Origin: an uncultured Clostridia bacterium
Lineage (GTDB): Bacteria > Bacillota > Clostridia > TANB77 > CAG-508
Assembly: GCA_947632535.1 (NCBI GenBank)
Contig: CANRPR010000001.1
Location: forward strand, 4,501 to 44,500
Length of the DNA stretch: 40,000 nucleotides
Direction: 5' to 3'
A program made the position numbers and the translations under genes. The number at the start of each line of letters is the position of its first letter. Position 1 is the stretch's first letter. The notes beneath the pieces were generated by a model. The model was not told the DNA's origin, made no database searches, and was given only the letters and a program-made list of their open reading frames with translations. Shown piece after piece: positions 1-9,860 of this stretch.

Positions 1-2
1 TC

Positions 3-866
3 GGATTATCTTCTGAAATATTAGATAGAGCTAATTCGTTGCTAACTTCGTCAAACATAGATATAGAAACATTAATGAAAAATATTTATGCCGATAAAAT
101 TAAAATAGAAAAAGAAAAACAATTGATAGAAAAAAATTCTAATCAGATAGAATTGCTTCGTAAAAACTTGGAAAATCAAAATCATGAAATCGAATTAAAA
201 AAAGCTTCCATTATTGAAAAAGCTAAACAAGATGCACGAAATATTTTATTAGATGCGAAAGAAGAAATGAACAATGCTATTGCATTGTCTAATTCTAATG
301 CTTCTGTTAAAGATTTGAACACAACTCGAAATAAATTGAATGAAAAAATTAAGTCTACCATTGCGGTAAGTTCTGAACAAAAAAATATTGATTTACCACT
401 TACTATTGAGGATATAAAAGTTGGCGATGAGGTATTTGTAAATACCTTTGGACAGACTGGTATTGTCTTATCTTTGCCAAATAAATATAATGAATTACAA
501 ATTCAAATTGGCAGTTTAAAGATGAATATTAATATTAAAAATTTGTCCAAGAAAAAATCTACTAAATCAAGCTCTACTTCTCAATCTAGTACATCTTTTT
601 CTAATTCAAAATCAAAAAATATTAATTCTGAAATTAATGTTATTGGCTTAAATGTAGAAGAAGCAGTTTTCTTAATAGATAAGTATTTGGATGATTGCTC
701 TTTAGCAAAGCTTCAAGAAGTTAGAATAGTACACGGCAAAGGCACAGGGGCACTAAGAGCTGGAATTCATAGTTTTCTAAAGAAAAATGCTCATGTAAGT
801 AGCTTTAGACTAGGCACTTTTGGTGAAGGAGAAACTGGTGTTACGGTTGTGACATTGAAAAAATAG
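3..866 (+). CDS. mutS2: Endonuclease MutS2, C-terminal part (5' end lies outside the window), with a Smr domain at the C-terminus
   Basis: Frame 3 is open from the window edge (GLSSEILDRANSLLTSSN...). The listed ORF 39..866 only starts at an internal TTG. The C-terminal Smr-like block reads INVIGLNVEEAVFLIDKYLDD...VRIVHGKGTGALRAGIHSFLKK. Confidence 0.85.
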   Translation, partial: GLSSEILDRANSLLTSSNIDIETLMKNIYADKIKIEKEKQLIEKNSNQIELLRKNLENQNHEIELKKASIIEKAKQDARNILLDAKEEMNNAIALSNSNASVKDLNTTRNKLNEKIKSTIAVSSEQKNIDLPLTIEDIKVGDEVFVNTFGQTGIVLSLPNKYNELQIQIGSLKMNINIKNLSKKKSTKSSSTSQSSTSFSNSKSKNINSEINVIGLNVEEAVFLIDKYLDDCSLAKLQEVRIVHGKGTGALRAGIHSFLKKNAHVSSFRLGTFGEGETGVTVVTLKK

Positions 867-881
867 AATTTTTGCGACAAT

Positions 882-928
882 ATTTTTTAGAAATGCAGTA
901 ATTTATTTTTTAGAAAATGCAGTAATTT
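882..928 (+). repeat. Tandem direct repeat (23 bp + 24 bp), ATTTTTTAGAAA(A)TGCAGTAATTT, directly upstream of the rplM -35 box
   Basis: Copy 1 is 882..904 and copy 2 is 905..928. They are identical except for one extra A. Confidence 0.8.
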
Positions 929-930
929 AC

Positions 931-959
931 TTGACTTTTCCAATATTTTGTATTAAAAT
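931..959 (+). promoter_or_regulatory. Sigma-A type promoter for rplM-rpsI
   Basis: TTGACT (931..936), a 17-nt spacer, then TAAAAT (954..959), about 90 nt upstream of the rplM start. Confidence 0.6.
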
Positions 960-1048
960 ATTTTAGTATTAATGTATAAATGAACTTCTCCCCGGTGGTT
1001 TATTTATCATAAACATATTTATAATAATGAATGGAGGGTATTATTACC

Positions 1049-1483
1049 ATGAATAATACAACATATAGTATAAAGAAAAATGAAATTGAAAGAAAATGGT
1101 ATATAATTGATGCAGCAAACAAACCTTTAGGTAGAGTAGCAACAGAAGCTGCAAAATTATTAAGAGGAAAACATAAACCAACTTTCACACCAAATATAGA
1201 TACTGGTGATAATGTAATCATAATTAACTGTGATAAAGTAGTTTTAACTGGTCATAAATTAGATCAAAAAACATACAGACATCATTCAGGTTATATTGGA
1301 GGTATGAAAGAAATTAGTGCTAGAGATTTATTAGCAAATAATTCTGAAAAGGCTATAATGCTAGCAGTTAAAGGAATGCTTCCAAAAAATAGTTTAGGAA
1401 GACAAACTATAAAAAAATTAAGATTATATGCTGGTAGTGAACATGAAAATCAAGCTCAAAAACCAGAAATATGGGAATTCTAA
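1049..1483 (+). CDS. rplM: 50S ribosomal protein L13
   Basis: Translation [48 protein letters not shown] is typical of L13. GGAGGG lies upstream of the ATG at 1049, so the listed ORF start at 1031 is probably too early. Confidence 0.95.
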   Translation: MNNTTYSIKKNEIERKWYIIDAANKPLGRVATEAAKLLRGKHKPTFTPNIDTGDNVIIINCDKVVLTGHKLDQKTYRHHSGYIGGMKEISARDLLANNSEKAIMLAVKGMLPKNSLGRQTIKKLRLYAGSEHENQAQKPEIWEF

Positions 1484-1503
1484 AGTATTAAGGAGGAAAA
1501 AAA

Positions 1504-1911
1504 ATGCCTAAAGCAAAATCAGAAAAAATAATGTTCTATGGTACAGGTAGAAGAAAAAGTTCAATTGCTAGAGTTAGATTAGTAGAAGGAACTGGTGTTA
1601 TTACAATAAACGGAAAAAGTATTGATGAATATTTTGGTGTAGAAACATTAAAGGTTATAGTAAAACAACCTTTAACAGTTACAAACACTATAGCAAAATA
1701 TGATGTTATTTGTAAAGTAGAAGGTGGAGGTCTTAGCGGTCAAGCTGGAGCAATTAGACATGGTATTGCTAGAGCTTTAAATGAAGCAAATGCTGAATAT
1801 AGACCTGAATTAAAAGCAAATGGTTTCTTAACAAGAGATCCTCGTATGAAGGAAAGAAAGAAATATGGCCTTAAAAAAGCTAGAAAAGCTCCACAATTTA
1901 GTAAGAGATAA
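1504..1911 (+). CDS. rpsI: 30S ribosomal protein S9
   Basis: [15 protein letters not shown] ... [19 protein letters not shown] ... [25 protein letters not shown]. An AGGAGG Shine-Dalgarno (SD) site lies upstream. Confidence 0.95.
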   Translation: MPKAKSEKIMFYGTGRRKSSIARVRLVEGTGVITINGKSIDEYFGVETLKVIVKQPLTVTNTIAKYDVICKVEGGGLSGQAGAIRHGIARALNEANAEYRPELKANGFLTRDPRMKERKKYGLKKARKAPQFSKR

Positions 1912-1925
1912 TCAACAAATAAAAA

Positions 1926-1955
1926 AATCAGTAAAAATTTTACTGATTTTTTTAT
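1926..1955. terminator. Bidirectional rho-independent terminator between the convergent rpsI and lexA genes
   Basis: Hairpin ATCAGTA-N7-TACTGAT (1927..1947), flanked by an A-run on the 5' side and a T-run on the 3' side. Confidence 0.7.
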
Positions 1956-1964
1956 TTTTATAAC

Positions 1965-2624
1965 TTATATTTTTCTAAATACCCCTGCTACTTTTCCAAG
2001 AATTTTACAATCTGGCACAATAATTGGATCCATTGTAGAATTTTCTGGTTGTAAACGAATATGATCTTTTTCTTTATAAAATGTTTTTACTGTAGCTTCA
2101 TCTTCTATTAAAGCTACTACTATTTGTCCATTTTCAGCTGTATTTTGTTTTTTAACTAATATATAATCTCCATCTAAAATACCAGCTTCTATCATACTTT
2201 CCCCTCTTACTGTTAGCATAAAGCTTTCACTATTTCCAACAAAATCTATTGGAATTGGAAAAGTATCTGTTATATTTTCTACTGCTAAAATTGGTGCTCC
2301 TGCTGTTATTTTTCCTATAACTGGAACTTCTACCATTTCTTTTCCACTATAAAAATTCTTTTCTGAAGGATTGTTTTCTTTTCCATCTACTAATCCACCT
2401 TTTAATAATTTAAGAGTTCTACCTTTTTGTGATTCTTTCTTTATATATCCCTTTTCTGCTAATTTTGCTAAATATCCATGAACTGTTGCAGTAGATTTTA
2501 GTCCCACTGCTTTTCCTATTTCCCTTACAGATGGTGCATATCCATTTTCCATTTGACTTTTTTCTATAAATTTCAATATTGCTTTCTCTCTTTTGTTAAT
2601 AGTGTTTGGATCCTTTTTTCTCAT
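1965..2624 (-). CDS. lexA: LexA repressor (S24 peptidase)
   Basis: N-terminal winged-helix region (REKAILKFIEKSQMENGYAPSVREIGKAVGLKSTATVHGYLAKLAEKGYI), an Ala-Gly cleavage site (ITAGAPI), and catalytic VRGESM ... VKK. The ATG at 2624 is preceded by GGGAGTG. The listed GTG at 2633 lies inside that SD. Confidence 0.9.
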   Translation of the reverse strand: MRKKDPNTINKREKAILKFIEKSQMENGYAPSVREIGKAVGLKSTATVHGYLAKLAEKGYIKKESQKGRTLKLLKGGLVDGKENNPSEKNFYSGKEMVEVPVIGKITAGAPILAVENITDTFPIPIDFVGNSESFMLTVRGESMIEAGILDGDYILVKKQNTAENGQIVVALIEDEATVKTFYKEKDHIRLQPENSTMDPIIVPDCKILGKVAGVFRKI

Positions 2625-2673
2625 ATTTATCACTCCCTATTTTTCTATTGCCATTATGATAACATACAAACAA

Positions 2674-2703
2674 AAAAATGTCAAACAAATTTTTGACATT
2701 TTT
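2674..2703 (-). terminator. Rho-independent terminator of obg
   Basis: Hairpin ATGTCAAA-N6-TTTGACAT (2678..2699), followed by a T-run on the minus strand. A possible lexA promoter overlaps it on the minus strand (TTGACA-17-TATCAT). Confidence 0.65.
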
Positions 2704-2713
2704 TATTTTTCTT

Positions 2714-4000
<1,287 letters not shown>

Positions 4001-4013
4001 CTATAAAATCTTC

Positions 4014-5009
4014 CTAATCTACTATTAAGCCTACTTTTCTATAAACATTTTTTAATATATTATTTGCTTTTTCTTCTGCCTTTTTATCTCCTTTTTCATA
4101 AATTGCTTTAAGCTTATCTGGATTTTCTATTAATTCGTTATATCTATTTTGTAATGGTTCTAATCTTTCTATTATTGCCTCTGCTACAGCATTCTTAAAT
4201 TCGCCATATCCTTTTCCTTTAAATTCTTCTTCTATTTTATCCATTGTTTTATTCTTTATAATTCCATATATTCCCATTAGATTGCTTACACCTGGCTTGT
4301 TTTCTTTATCAAATCTCACGCAATTTTCTGAATCAGTTACTGCTCTTTTTAATTTTTTTCTAATATCTTCTGAGGAATCTGTTAGAAGAATTTTATCCAT
4401 TGGGTCTTTCGCACTTTTACTCATTTTGGCTGTTGGATTTTGAAGTCCCATTATTCTTGCTCCAACTTCTCCTATATATACTTCTGGTATTTTAAATGTA
4501 TCACCATATATTGAATTAAATCTTTCTGCTATGTCGCGTGTTATTTCTAGATGTTGTTTTTGATCCTCTCCAACTGGTACTAAATCCGCATTATATAATA
4601 AAATATCTGATGCCATTAAAACAGGATATGTAAATAGTCCACTATTTATATTATCTGCATGTTTTGCAGCTTTATCTTTAAATTGTGTCATACGATTTAA
4701 TTCTCCCATATATGTATAACAATTTAAAATCCATGATAATTGTGTATGTGCTGGTATGTGTGATTGAATAAAAATTGTATTTTTATCTGGATCTAACCCT
4801 GCAGCAACATATAAGGCTATTAAGTTTAATGTATTTTTTCTTAATTCTTCTGGGTCATTTCGTACAGTAAGAGTATGTAAATCTGCTATCATATAATAGC
4901 AATCATATTCGTCTTGCATTTTAACCCAATTATTTAATGCCCCCAAGTAATTTCCTAGAGTTAAGTTTCCTGTAGCTTGTATGCCACTTAATATAACTTT
5001 CTTCTCCAT
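4014..5009 (-). CDS. trpS: Tryptophan--tRNA ligase
   Basis: SGIQATGNLTLGNYLGAL (HIGH-like region), a KMSKS motif (AKMSKSAKD), and 331 aa, which is the typical bacterial TrpRS length. Confidence 0.95.
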   Translation of the reverse strand: MEKKVILSGIQATGNLTLGNYLGALNNWVKMQDEYDCYYMIADLHTLTVRNDPEELRKNTLNLIALYVAAGLDPDKNTIFIQSHIPAHTQLSWILNCYTYMGELNRMTQFKDKAAKHADNINSGLFTYPVLMASDILLYNADLVPVGEDQKQHLEITRDIAERFNSIYGDTFKIPEVYIGEVGARIMGLQNPTAKMSKSAKDPMDKILLTDSSEDIRKKLKRAVTDSENCVRFDKENKPGVSNLMGIYGIIKNKTMDKIEEEFKGKGYGEFKNAVAEAIIERLEPLQNRYNELIENPDKLKAIYEKGDKKAEEKANNILKNVYRKVGLIVD

Positions 5010-5081
5010 ATTTTTATTCCTCCTTTATATAAAATTTCTTTTTATTATATATAACTTTAATTATTTTTGCAATCGTACAGT

Positions 5082-5115
5082 AAAAAAAGATTCGCAAACT
5101 TGCGAATCTTTTTTA
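5082..5115 (-). terminator. Rho-independent terminator of rpmA
   Basis: Hairpin AAGATTCGCA-AACT-TGCGAATCTT (5087..5110), followed by a T7 run on the minus strand. Confidence 0.8.
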
Positions 5116-5121
5116 TATCTC

Positions 5122-5394
5122 TTATGCTTCTGCTTTTTGTTCTACTGGATAAACACTAACTTTCTTTTTATCTCTACCTAATCTTTCAAATTTAACTGTT
5201 CCATCGACTAATGCAAATAGAGTATCATCACTTCCTATACCCACATTAGTTCCTGGGTGTACATGTGTTCCTCTTTGTCTAATTAATATATTTCCAGCTA
5301 AAACAAATTGTCCGTCTGCTCTTTTAACACCAAGACGCTTAGATTCACTGTCTCTACCGTTCTTAACACTACCTTGACCTTTTTTATGAGCCAT
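5122..5394 (-). CDS. rpmA: 50S ribosomal protein L27 (starts directly at MAHKKG, with no N-terminal propeptide)
   Basis: [31 protein letters not shown]... Confidence 0.95.
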   Translation of the reverse strand: MAHKKGQGSVKNGRDSESKRLGVKRADGQFVLAGNILIRQRGTHVHPGTNVGIGSDDTLFALVDGTVKFERLGRDKKKVSVYPVEQKAEA

Positions 5395-5448
5395 TCTCTC
5401 TCACTCCTTTTACTGATATATTTTATCTGTGTTTATTAATATCAAATA

Positions 5449-5835
5449 TTATTTTGCTTCTGCTTTTTCAACTTTAGCTTCTGCTTTAGGTTCTTCTGCC
5501 TTTGTTTCAGCTTTTTTTGTAGTAGCAGTTTTAATTGAAGTAATTTCTACTTTTGTGTATGGTTGTCTATGTCCTTGTTTTCTTCTATAATTCTTTTTAG
5601 GTTTATACTTGAAAACAATGATTTTTTTGCCCTTTCCATGTGCTATTACTTTTCCTTCAACTTTTACACCTTTAACATAAGGATTTCCTATTTCTGTTTT
5701 ATCTCCATTAGATACAAAAATTACTTTGTCAAAACTAACTTTTTTTCCTTCTTCAGTATCTAATTTTTCAAAAAATACTACATCTCCTTCTGCTACTTTA
5801 TACTGTTTTCCACAGCTTTCAATTATTGCGTACAT
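5449..5835 (-). CDS. rplU: 50S ribosomal protein L21 with a Lys/Ala/Glu-rich C-terminal tail
   Basis: [25 protein letters not shown] ... [14 protein letters not shown], followed by the tail [27 protein letters not shown]. Confidence 0.95.
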   Translation of the reverse strand: MYAIIESCGKQYKVAEGDVVFFEKLDTEEGKKVSFDKVIFVSNGDKTEIGNPYVKGVKVEGKVIAHGKGKKIIVFKYKPKKNYRRKQGHRQPYTKVEITSIKTATTKKAETKAEEPKAEAKVEKAEAK

Positions 5836-5935
5836 AAATGTACACCTCCCTTTTTGTATACTCGCTAATCCTTATTTTAGGTAGTTAAACTAAATTAACA
5901 TTTACAAACCTTAATTAAGCGGATTACAGTTAAAT
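5836..5935 (-). promoter_or_regulatory. 5' leader of rplU-rpmA, a possible L21-leader-type autoregulatory RNA
   Basis: A ~100-nt untranslated leader lies between the promoter and the GGGAGGTG SD. It has a long-range TAATCC/GGATTA pairing and an internal hairpin. The assignment rests on position only (ribosomal leaders are known upstream of rplU in Firmicutes); no covariance model was run. Confidence 0.3.
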
Positions 5936-5964
5936 AGTATATCATGTTTGACAGAATTTGTCAA
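5936..5964 (-). promoter_or_regulatory. Sigma-A promoter of rplU-rpmA
   Basis: On the minus strand: TTGACA (5964..5959), a 17-nt spacer, then TATACT (5941..5936). Confidence 0.6.
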
Positions 5965-5968
5965 CACT

Positions 5969-8569
5969 TTATTTTCCATAATATGCATCTAATAGAATTT
6001 GTTTTATTTCTGTTACTAATGGTACACGAGGGTTGGCATTAGTACATTGATCTTCGAATGCTTTATCTGCTAATGCATCTACTTTTGCTAAGAATTCTTT
6101 TTCGTCTACACCTGCTTCTTTAAAGCTTTTTGGCATTTCTAGTTTTACCATTAATTCTTTTATTGCATTTATTAATGATTCTACTCCTTCTTCTGTTGTA
6201 CTTGCTTTCATTCCATTCTTTCTTGCTATTGTTGCGTATTTTTCGTCAGCTATAAAATATTCATATTTAGGGAATGATACAAATTTTGTTGGTTTTGTTG
6301 CATTGTATTTTATTACATATGGTAATAAAATTGCATTTGCTCTACCATGTGGTACATGGAATTCTCCTCCAATTTTATGTGCTATTGAGTGATTTAAGCC
6401 TAAGAATGCATTTGTAAATGCCATTCCTGCAATACAACTTGCATTATGCATTTTTTCTCTTGCTACTTTATCACTTCCATTGTTGTATGCGTTTACTAAA
6501 TTATTAAATACTAATTCTACAGCTTTTTCTGCTAATCCATCTGTATAATCAGATGCCATGTTAGACACATATGCTTCTATTGCATGTGTTAAAACATCCA
6601 TACCAGTATCTGCAGTAATTTTCTTAGGTAGAGTCATAACTAAATCTGGATCTATTATTGCAACATCTGGTGTTAGTTCATAATCTGCTAGTGGATATTT
6701 CTTATTTTGTTTTTTATCTGTTATAACTGCAAATGATGTTACTTCTGAACCTGTTCCAGAAGTTGTTGGTATTGCTACCATTTTTGCTTTTGAACCTAGT
6801 TTAGGGAACTTATAAGTACGTTTACGAATATCCATAAACTTCAATTTTAATCCTTCTACATCTGCATCTGGATTTTCGTAGAATAGCCACATTCCCTTTG
6901 CAGCATCAATTGCACTTCCTCCACCTATTGCAATAATTACATCTGGTTTAAATTGCTCTATTGCAGCAACTCCTCTTTTTATTGTATCAAAAGATGGGTC
7001 TGGTTCTACCTCTGAAAAAATCTCTGAGTGAACATATTGTTGTCTTTTTCTTAAATGATATAGTATTTTATCTACATATCCTAGTTTTACCATTGATTCG
7101 TCTGTTACTATGAATGCTCTTGAAATGTCTGGCATTTTTTCTAAATATTGAATTGAGCCAGCTTCAAAATATATTTTTTCTGGAACTTTAAACCACTGCA
7201 TGTTGACCCTCCTTTTTGCAACTCTTTTTATATTAATTAAGTTTACACTTGATACATTTGCTGTTGTTGAATTTCCTCCAAAAGTACCGCATCCTAAAGT
7301 TAAAGATGGCATATTTGTGTTATATATATCTCCTATTGCTCCATGTGTTGATGGTGAATTTACTATAATTCTTCCTGCTTTTACTCTTTCAGAAAATTTT
7401 AAGATTGTATTTTCATCTTCTGAATGTATAACTGCTGAATGTCCTAATCCACCAAACTCTAGTAGTCTTTCTGCTAAGCTAATTCCTTCTTCTTCATTTT
7501 TTACAGTGTAATATGCTAAAACTGGACTTAATTTTTCTCTTGAGAATGGATATTCTTCTCCTACTCCCTCTTCTTTTACAACTAATACCTTTGTATCTTC
7601 TGGTACATCAATTCCAGCTAATTTTGCAATTTTATATGGACTTTGTCCTGCTATCCAACCTTGTAGAGTATAGCCTTTTTCAGCATTGAACATTGTCTCT
7701 TTAATTTTTGCTTTTTCTTCTTTTGTAACGAAGTAACATCCTGCTTCTTTCATTAATTTTTCAAAATCCTTTTGGATTTCTTTATCTACAATTACAGCTT
7801 GCTCTGATGCACATATCATACCATTGTCAAATGATTTTGATAATACTAAATCATTAACAGATGTTTTTAGTTTTGCTGTTTTATCTATATAGCATGGTAC
7901 ATTTCCAGGACCTACACCTAATGCTGGTTTTCCACATGAATAAGCAGCCTTAACCATGCTTGTTCCTCCTGTAGCCAATATTAAATCTACATCTGGATGA
8001 TTCATTAAATAATTTGTTGCTAAAATAGATGGTTCTTCTATCCATAAAATACAATCTTTTGGAGCTCCTGCTTCTACTGCAGCATCTCTTACTATAGTTG
8101 CTGCTGCAACACTACTTTTTTGTGCACTTGGATGGAAACCAAATATTATAACATTTCTTGTTTTTGCAGCTATCATAGATTTGAACATTGTTGTTGAAGT
8201 TGGATTTGTTACTGGTGTTACACCTGCTATAATTCCAACTGGTTCTGCAATCTCTACATAACCTTCTTCATTGTTTTCGTTTATAACTCCTACTGTTTTA
8301 TCATATTTTATGCTGTGGTAAATATATTCTGTTGCAAACATGTTCTTTGTGATTTTATCTTCATATATTCCACGTCCTGTTTCTTCCACTGCCATTTTCG
8401 CTAGTTTCATATGATTTTCTAGTCCTGCCATTGACATTTTCTTAATAATATTATCAATTTGTCCTTGGTCTAGCTTCATGTACTCTTCTGAAGCCTTTTT
8501 TGCTCTTTCAATTAAGTTATCTACCATTTTCTTAACCTTTTGTTCTTCATCTACAGTTACTTCTGCCAT
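5969..8569 (-). CDS. adhE: Bifunctional acetaldehyde-CoA / alcohol dehydrogenase
   Basis: 866 aa with an N-terminal aldehyde dehydrogenase domain and a C-terminal iron-type alcohol dehydrogenase (GGGSAIDAAK, metal-binding histidines in HSIAHKIGGEFHVPHG). Confidence 0.95.
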   Translation of the reverse strand: MAEVTVDEEQKVKKMVDNLIERAKKASEEYMKLDQGQIDNIIKKMSMAGLENHMKLAKMAVEETGRGIYEDKITKNMFATEYIYHSIKYDKTVGVINENNEEGYVEIAEPVGIIAGVTPVTNPTSTTMFKSMIAAKTRNVIIFGFHPSAQKSSVAAATIVRDAAVEAGAPKDCILWIEEPSILATNYLMNHPDVDLILATGGTSMVKAAYSCGKPALGVGPGNVPCYIDKTAKLKTSVNDLVLSKSFDNGMICASEQAVIVDKEIQKDFEKLMKEAGCYFVTKEEKAKIKETMFNAEKGYTLQGWIAGQSPYKIAKLAGIDVPEDTKVLVVKEEGVGEEYPFSREKLSPVLAYYTVKNEEEGISLAERLLEFGGLGHSAVIHSEDENTILKFSERVKAGRIIVNSPSTHGAIGDIYNTNMPSLTLGCGTFGGNSTTANVSSVNLINIKRVAKRRVNMQWFKVPEKIYFEAGSIQYLEKMPDISRAFIVTDESMVKLGYVDKILYHLRKRQQYVHSEIFSEVEPDPSFDTIKRGVAAIEQFKPDVIIAIGGGSAIDAAKGMWLFYENPDADVEGLKLKFMDIRKRTYKFPKLGSKAKMVAIPTTSGTGSEVTSFAVITDKKQNKKYPLADYELTPDVAIIDPDLVMTLPKKITADTGMDVLTHAIEAYVSNMASDYTDGLAEKAVELVFNNLVNAYNNGSDKVAREKMHNASCIAGMAFTNAFLGLNHSIAHKIGGEFHVPHGRANAILLPYVIKYNATKPTKFVSFPKYEYFIADEKYATIARKNGMKASTTEEGVESLINAIKELMVKLEMPKSFKEAGVDEKEFLAKVDALADKAFEDQCTNANPRVPLVTEIKQILLDAYYGK

Positions 8570-8614
8570 AAAAAATTCCTCCTTGAATTTAATCTCGTAT
8601 TTTCATACTATTCT

Positions 8615-8642
8615 ATTATATATTAATATTTAAATTTGTCAA
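8615..8642 (-). promoter_or_regulatory. Sigma-A promoter of adhE
   Basis: On the minus strand: TTGACA (8642..8637), a 16-nt spacer, then TATAAT (8620..8615). Confidence 0.6.
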
Positions 8643-8646
8643 TATA

Positions 8647-8680
8647 AAATCAGTTTTAATGTAGCATTAAAACTGATTTT
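8647..8680 (-). terminator. Rho-independent terminator of the M23 peptidase gene
   Basis: A 16-bp stem, AAAATCAGTTTTAATG / CATTAAAACTGATTTT, around a short loop, with a T-run on the minus strand. Confidence 0.7.
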
Positions 8681-8687
8681 ATGGCTT

Positions 8688-9641
8688 TTATTTTAAATAA
8701 TTTTGTGGATTTACATACTTTCCATTTAACCTTATTTCAAAATGTAAATGTGGACCTGTTGAATTTCCTGTTGAACCAACTGCTGCAATTACATCTCCTG
8801 CAGATACATATTCTCCACTTTTCTTATACAACTTGCTACAATGACCATAATAAGTTTCTACACCATTTCCATGATCTATAATAATTATCTTGCCATATCC
8901 ACTTTTTGTACCTGAAAATGTAATGGTTCCATCAGCTGCTGCTTTAATTGGTGTACCTGATGTTGCAGCTATATCTAGTCCTGTATGTGTATGATTTCTA
9001 ACACTTGAATTTGAGCCATATCTCGAACTTATTCTACCTTGAACTGGTGTTACTGCAATACGGATTCCATTTATAGTATCACTCTTTTTACTACTTGCTG
9101 TTTTGGTTTCTGTAGTTTTCTTTTTGGTAGTCTCTGTTAAGATATTTTTTAAATTTTGAGAAACAGTTGCTATTTCTACTGAATTTACTGCTTCTTTACT
9201 ATTAGTATAAGTTTTTACAATACTAATATTCGTGTTTTCTTCTCCAAATTCATTGTTTAAAGCATCTACAATTTCCTCTGCCTCTTGTAAAGTATTTACA
9301 TATTCTTTGTTTTCTCCATTTTGTGCTATAGCATATTGATAATAAGTAATTTGCGTATTTTCTTTTAGCTTAGCAAAAATTGATTCTTCTTGTGTTTCTT
9401 CTTGCTTGTTTACTAATTTTAATTCATATTTTGGCACTACAGTTAATTCACTATAGGCAATATTTTCTTCTTCATTATTATATAGCTCTTTTGCTATATA
9501 TGCTTCAAATTCTTCTTTATCTCCAATATATCCAACTTGTTCTCCTTCTATGGATACAGTATATATTGGCTTGAATTTCATTAATATTATCGCTACTATG
9601 ATCAAAATTCCAATTGCTATAATATTGGTAAGCTTCAGCAT
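8688..9641 (-). CDS. M23 family peptidoglycan metalloendopeptidase with an N-terminal membrane anchor
   Basis: C-terminal M23 signature HTGLDIAATSGTPIKAAADG ... IIIDHGNGVETYYGHCS ... GSTGNSTGPHLHFEIR. The N-terminal TM is IIAIGILIIVAIILM. The true start may be the ATT at 9677 (see findings). Confidence 0.85.
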   Translation of the reverse strand: MLKLTNIIAIGILIIVAIILMKFKPIYTVSIEGEQVGYIGDKEEFEAYIAKELYNNEEENIAYSELTVVPKYELKLVNKQEETQEESIFAKLKENTQITYYQYAIAQNGENKEYVNTLQEAEEIVDALNNEFGEENTNISIVKTYTNSKEAVNSVEIATVSQNLKNILTETTKKKTTETKTASSKKSDTINGIRIAVTPVQGRISSRYGSNSSVRNHTHTGLDIAATSGTPIKAAADGTITFSGTKSGYGKIIIIDHGNGVETYYGHCSKLYKKSGEYVSAGDVIAAVGSTGNSTGPHLHFEIRLNGKYVNPQNYLK

Positions 9642-9719
9642 CTCTTTCGTATAGTAAGAAATTTTTCTGCTTAAAATATAGCTTCACTCTCCTTTATTTT
9701 TTTAACACGACTAAGTTCT

Positions 9720-9748
9720 ATTATACTATATATTATAAGCATTTTCAA
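9720..9748 (-). promoter_or_regulatory. Sigma-A promoter of the M23 peptidase gene
   Basis: On the minus strand: TTGAAA (9748..9743), a 17-nt spacer, then TATAAT (9725..9720). Confidence 0.55.
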
Positions 9749-9860
9749 GTTTAGTATGCATAATTTTATCTATTTTTTACAATTTATGCAGATTTTTTTA
9801 TAAACTATTTGAAATTTTAACAAGTTTTGCTCATTTTTACTCTTTTTTCCTTCCTTTTAC

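Noticed and set aside
1000-1221. Minus-strand 73-aa ORF overlapping the rplM start region
   Set aside because: It is antisense to a clearly real ribosomal protein gene. The translation is hydrophobic and low in complexity, as expected from AT-rich antisense DNA, and there is no SD.
2625-2677. LexA (Cheo/SOS) box upstream of lexA
   Set aside because: I looked for GAAC-N4-GTTC-type palindromes. Only a poor match (GTTTGTATGTTATC on the minus strand) is present, which is not enough to call an operator.
5010-5121. T-box riboswitch upstream of trpS
   Set aside because: The spacer is only ~110 nt, and a third of it is the rpmA terminator. That is too short for a T-box leader, and no T-box or specifier-loop sequence is visible.
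7200-7511. Plus-strand ORFs antisense to adhE, the helicase, the ABC genes, topA, murG, mraY, murE and the giant surface gene (for example 7200..7511, 10345..10740, 14239..14553, 15353..15817, 16031..16528, 23327..23743, 24938..25387, 32226..32708, 33453..33803)
   Set aside because: All lie fully inside, and antisense to, genes with strong family signatures. Their translations are Phe/Ile/Leu/Ser-rich with no motifs. Long antisense ORFs are expected in DNA this AT-rich, where stop codons are depleted opposite Lys/Asn/Ile-rich coding frames.
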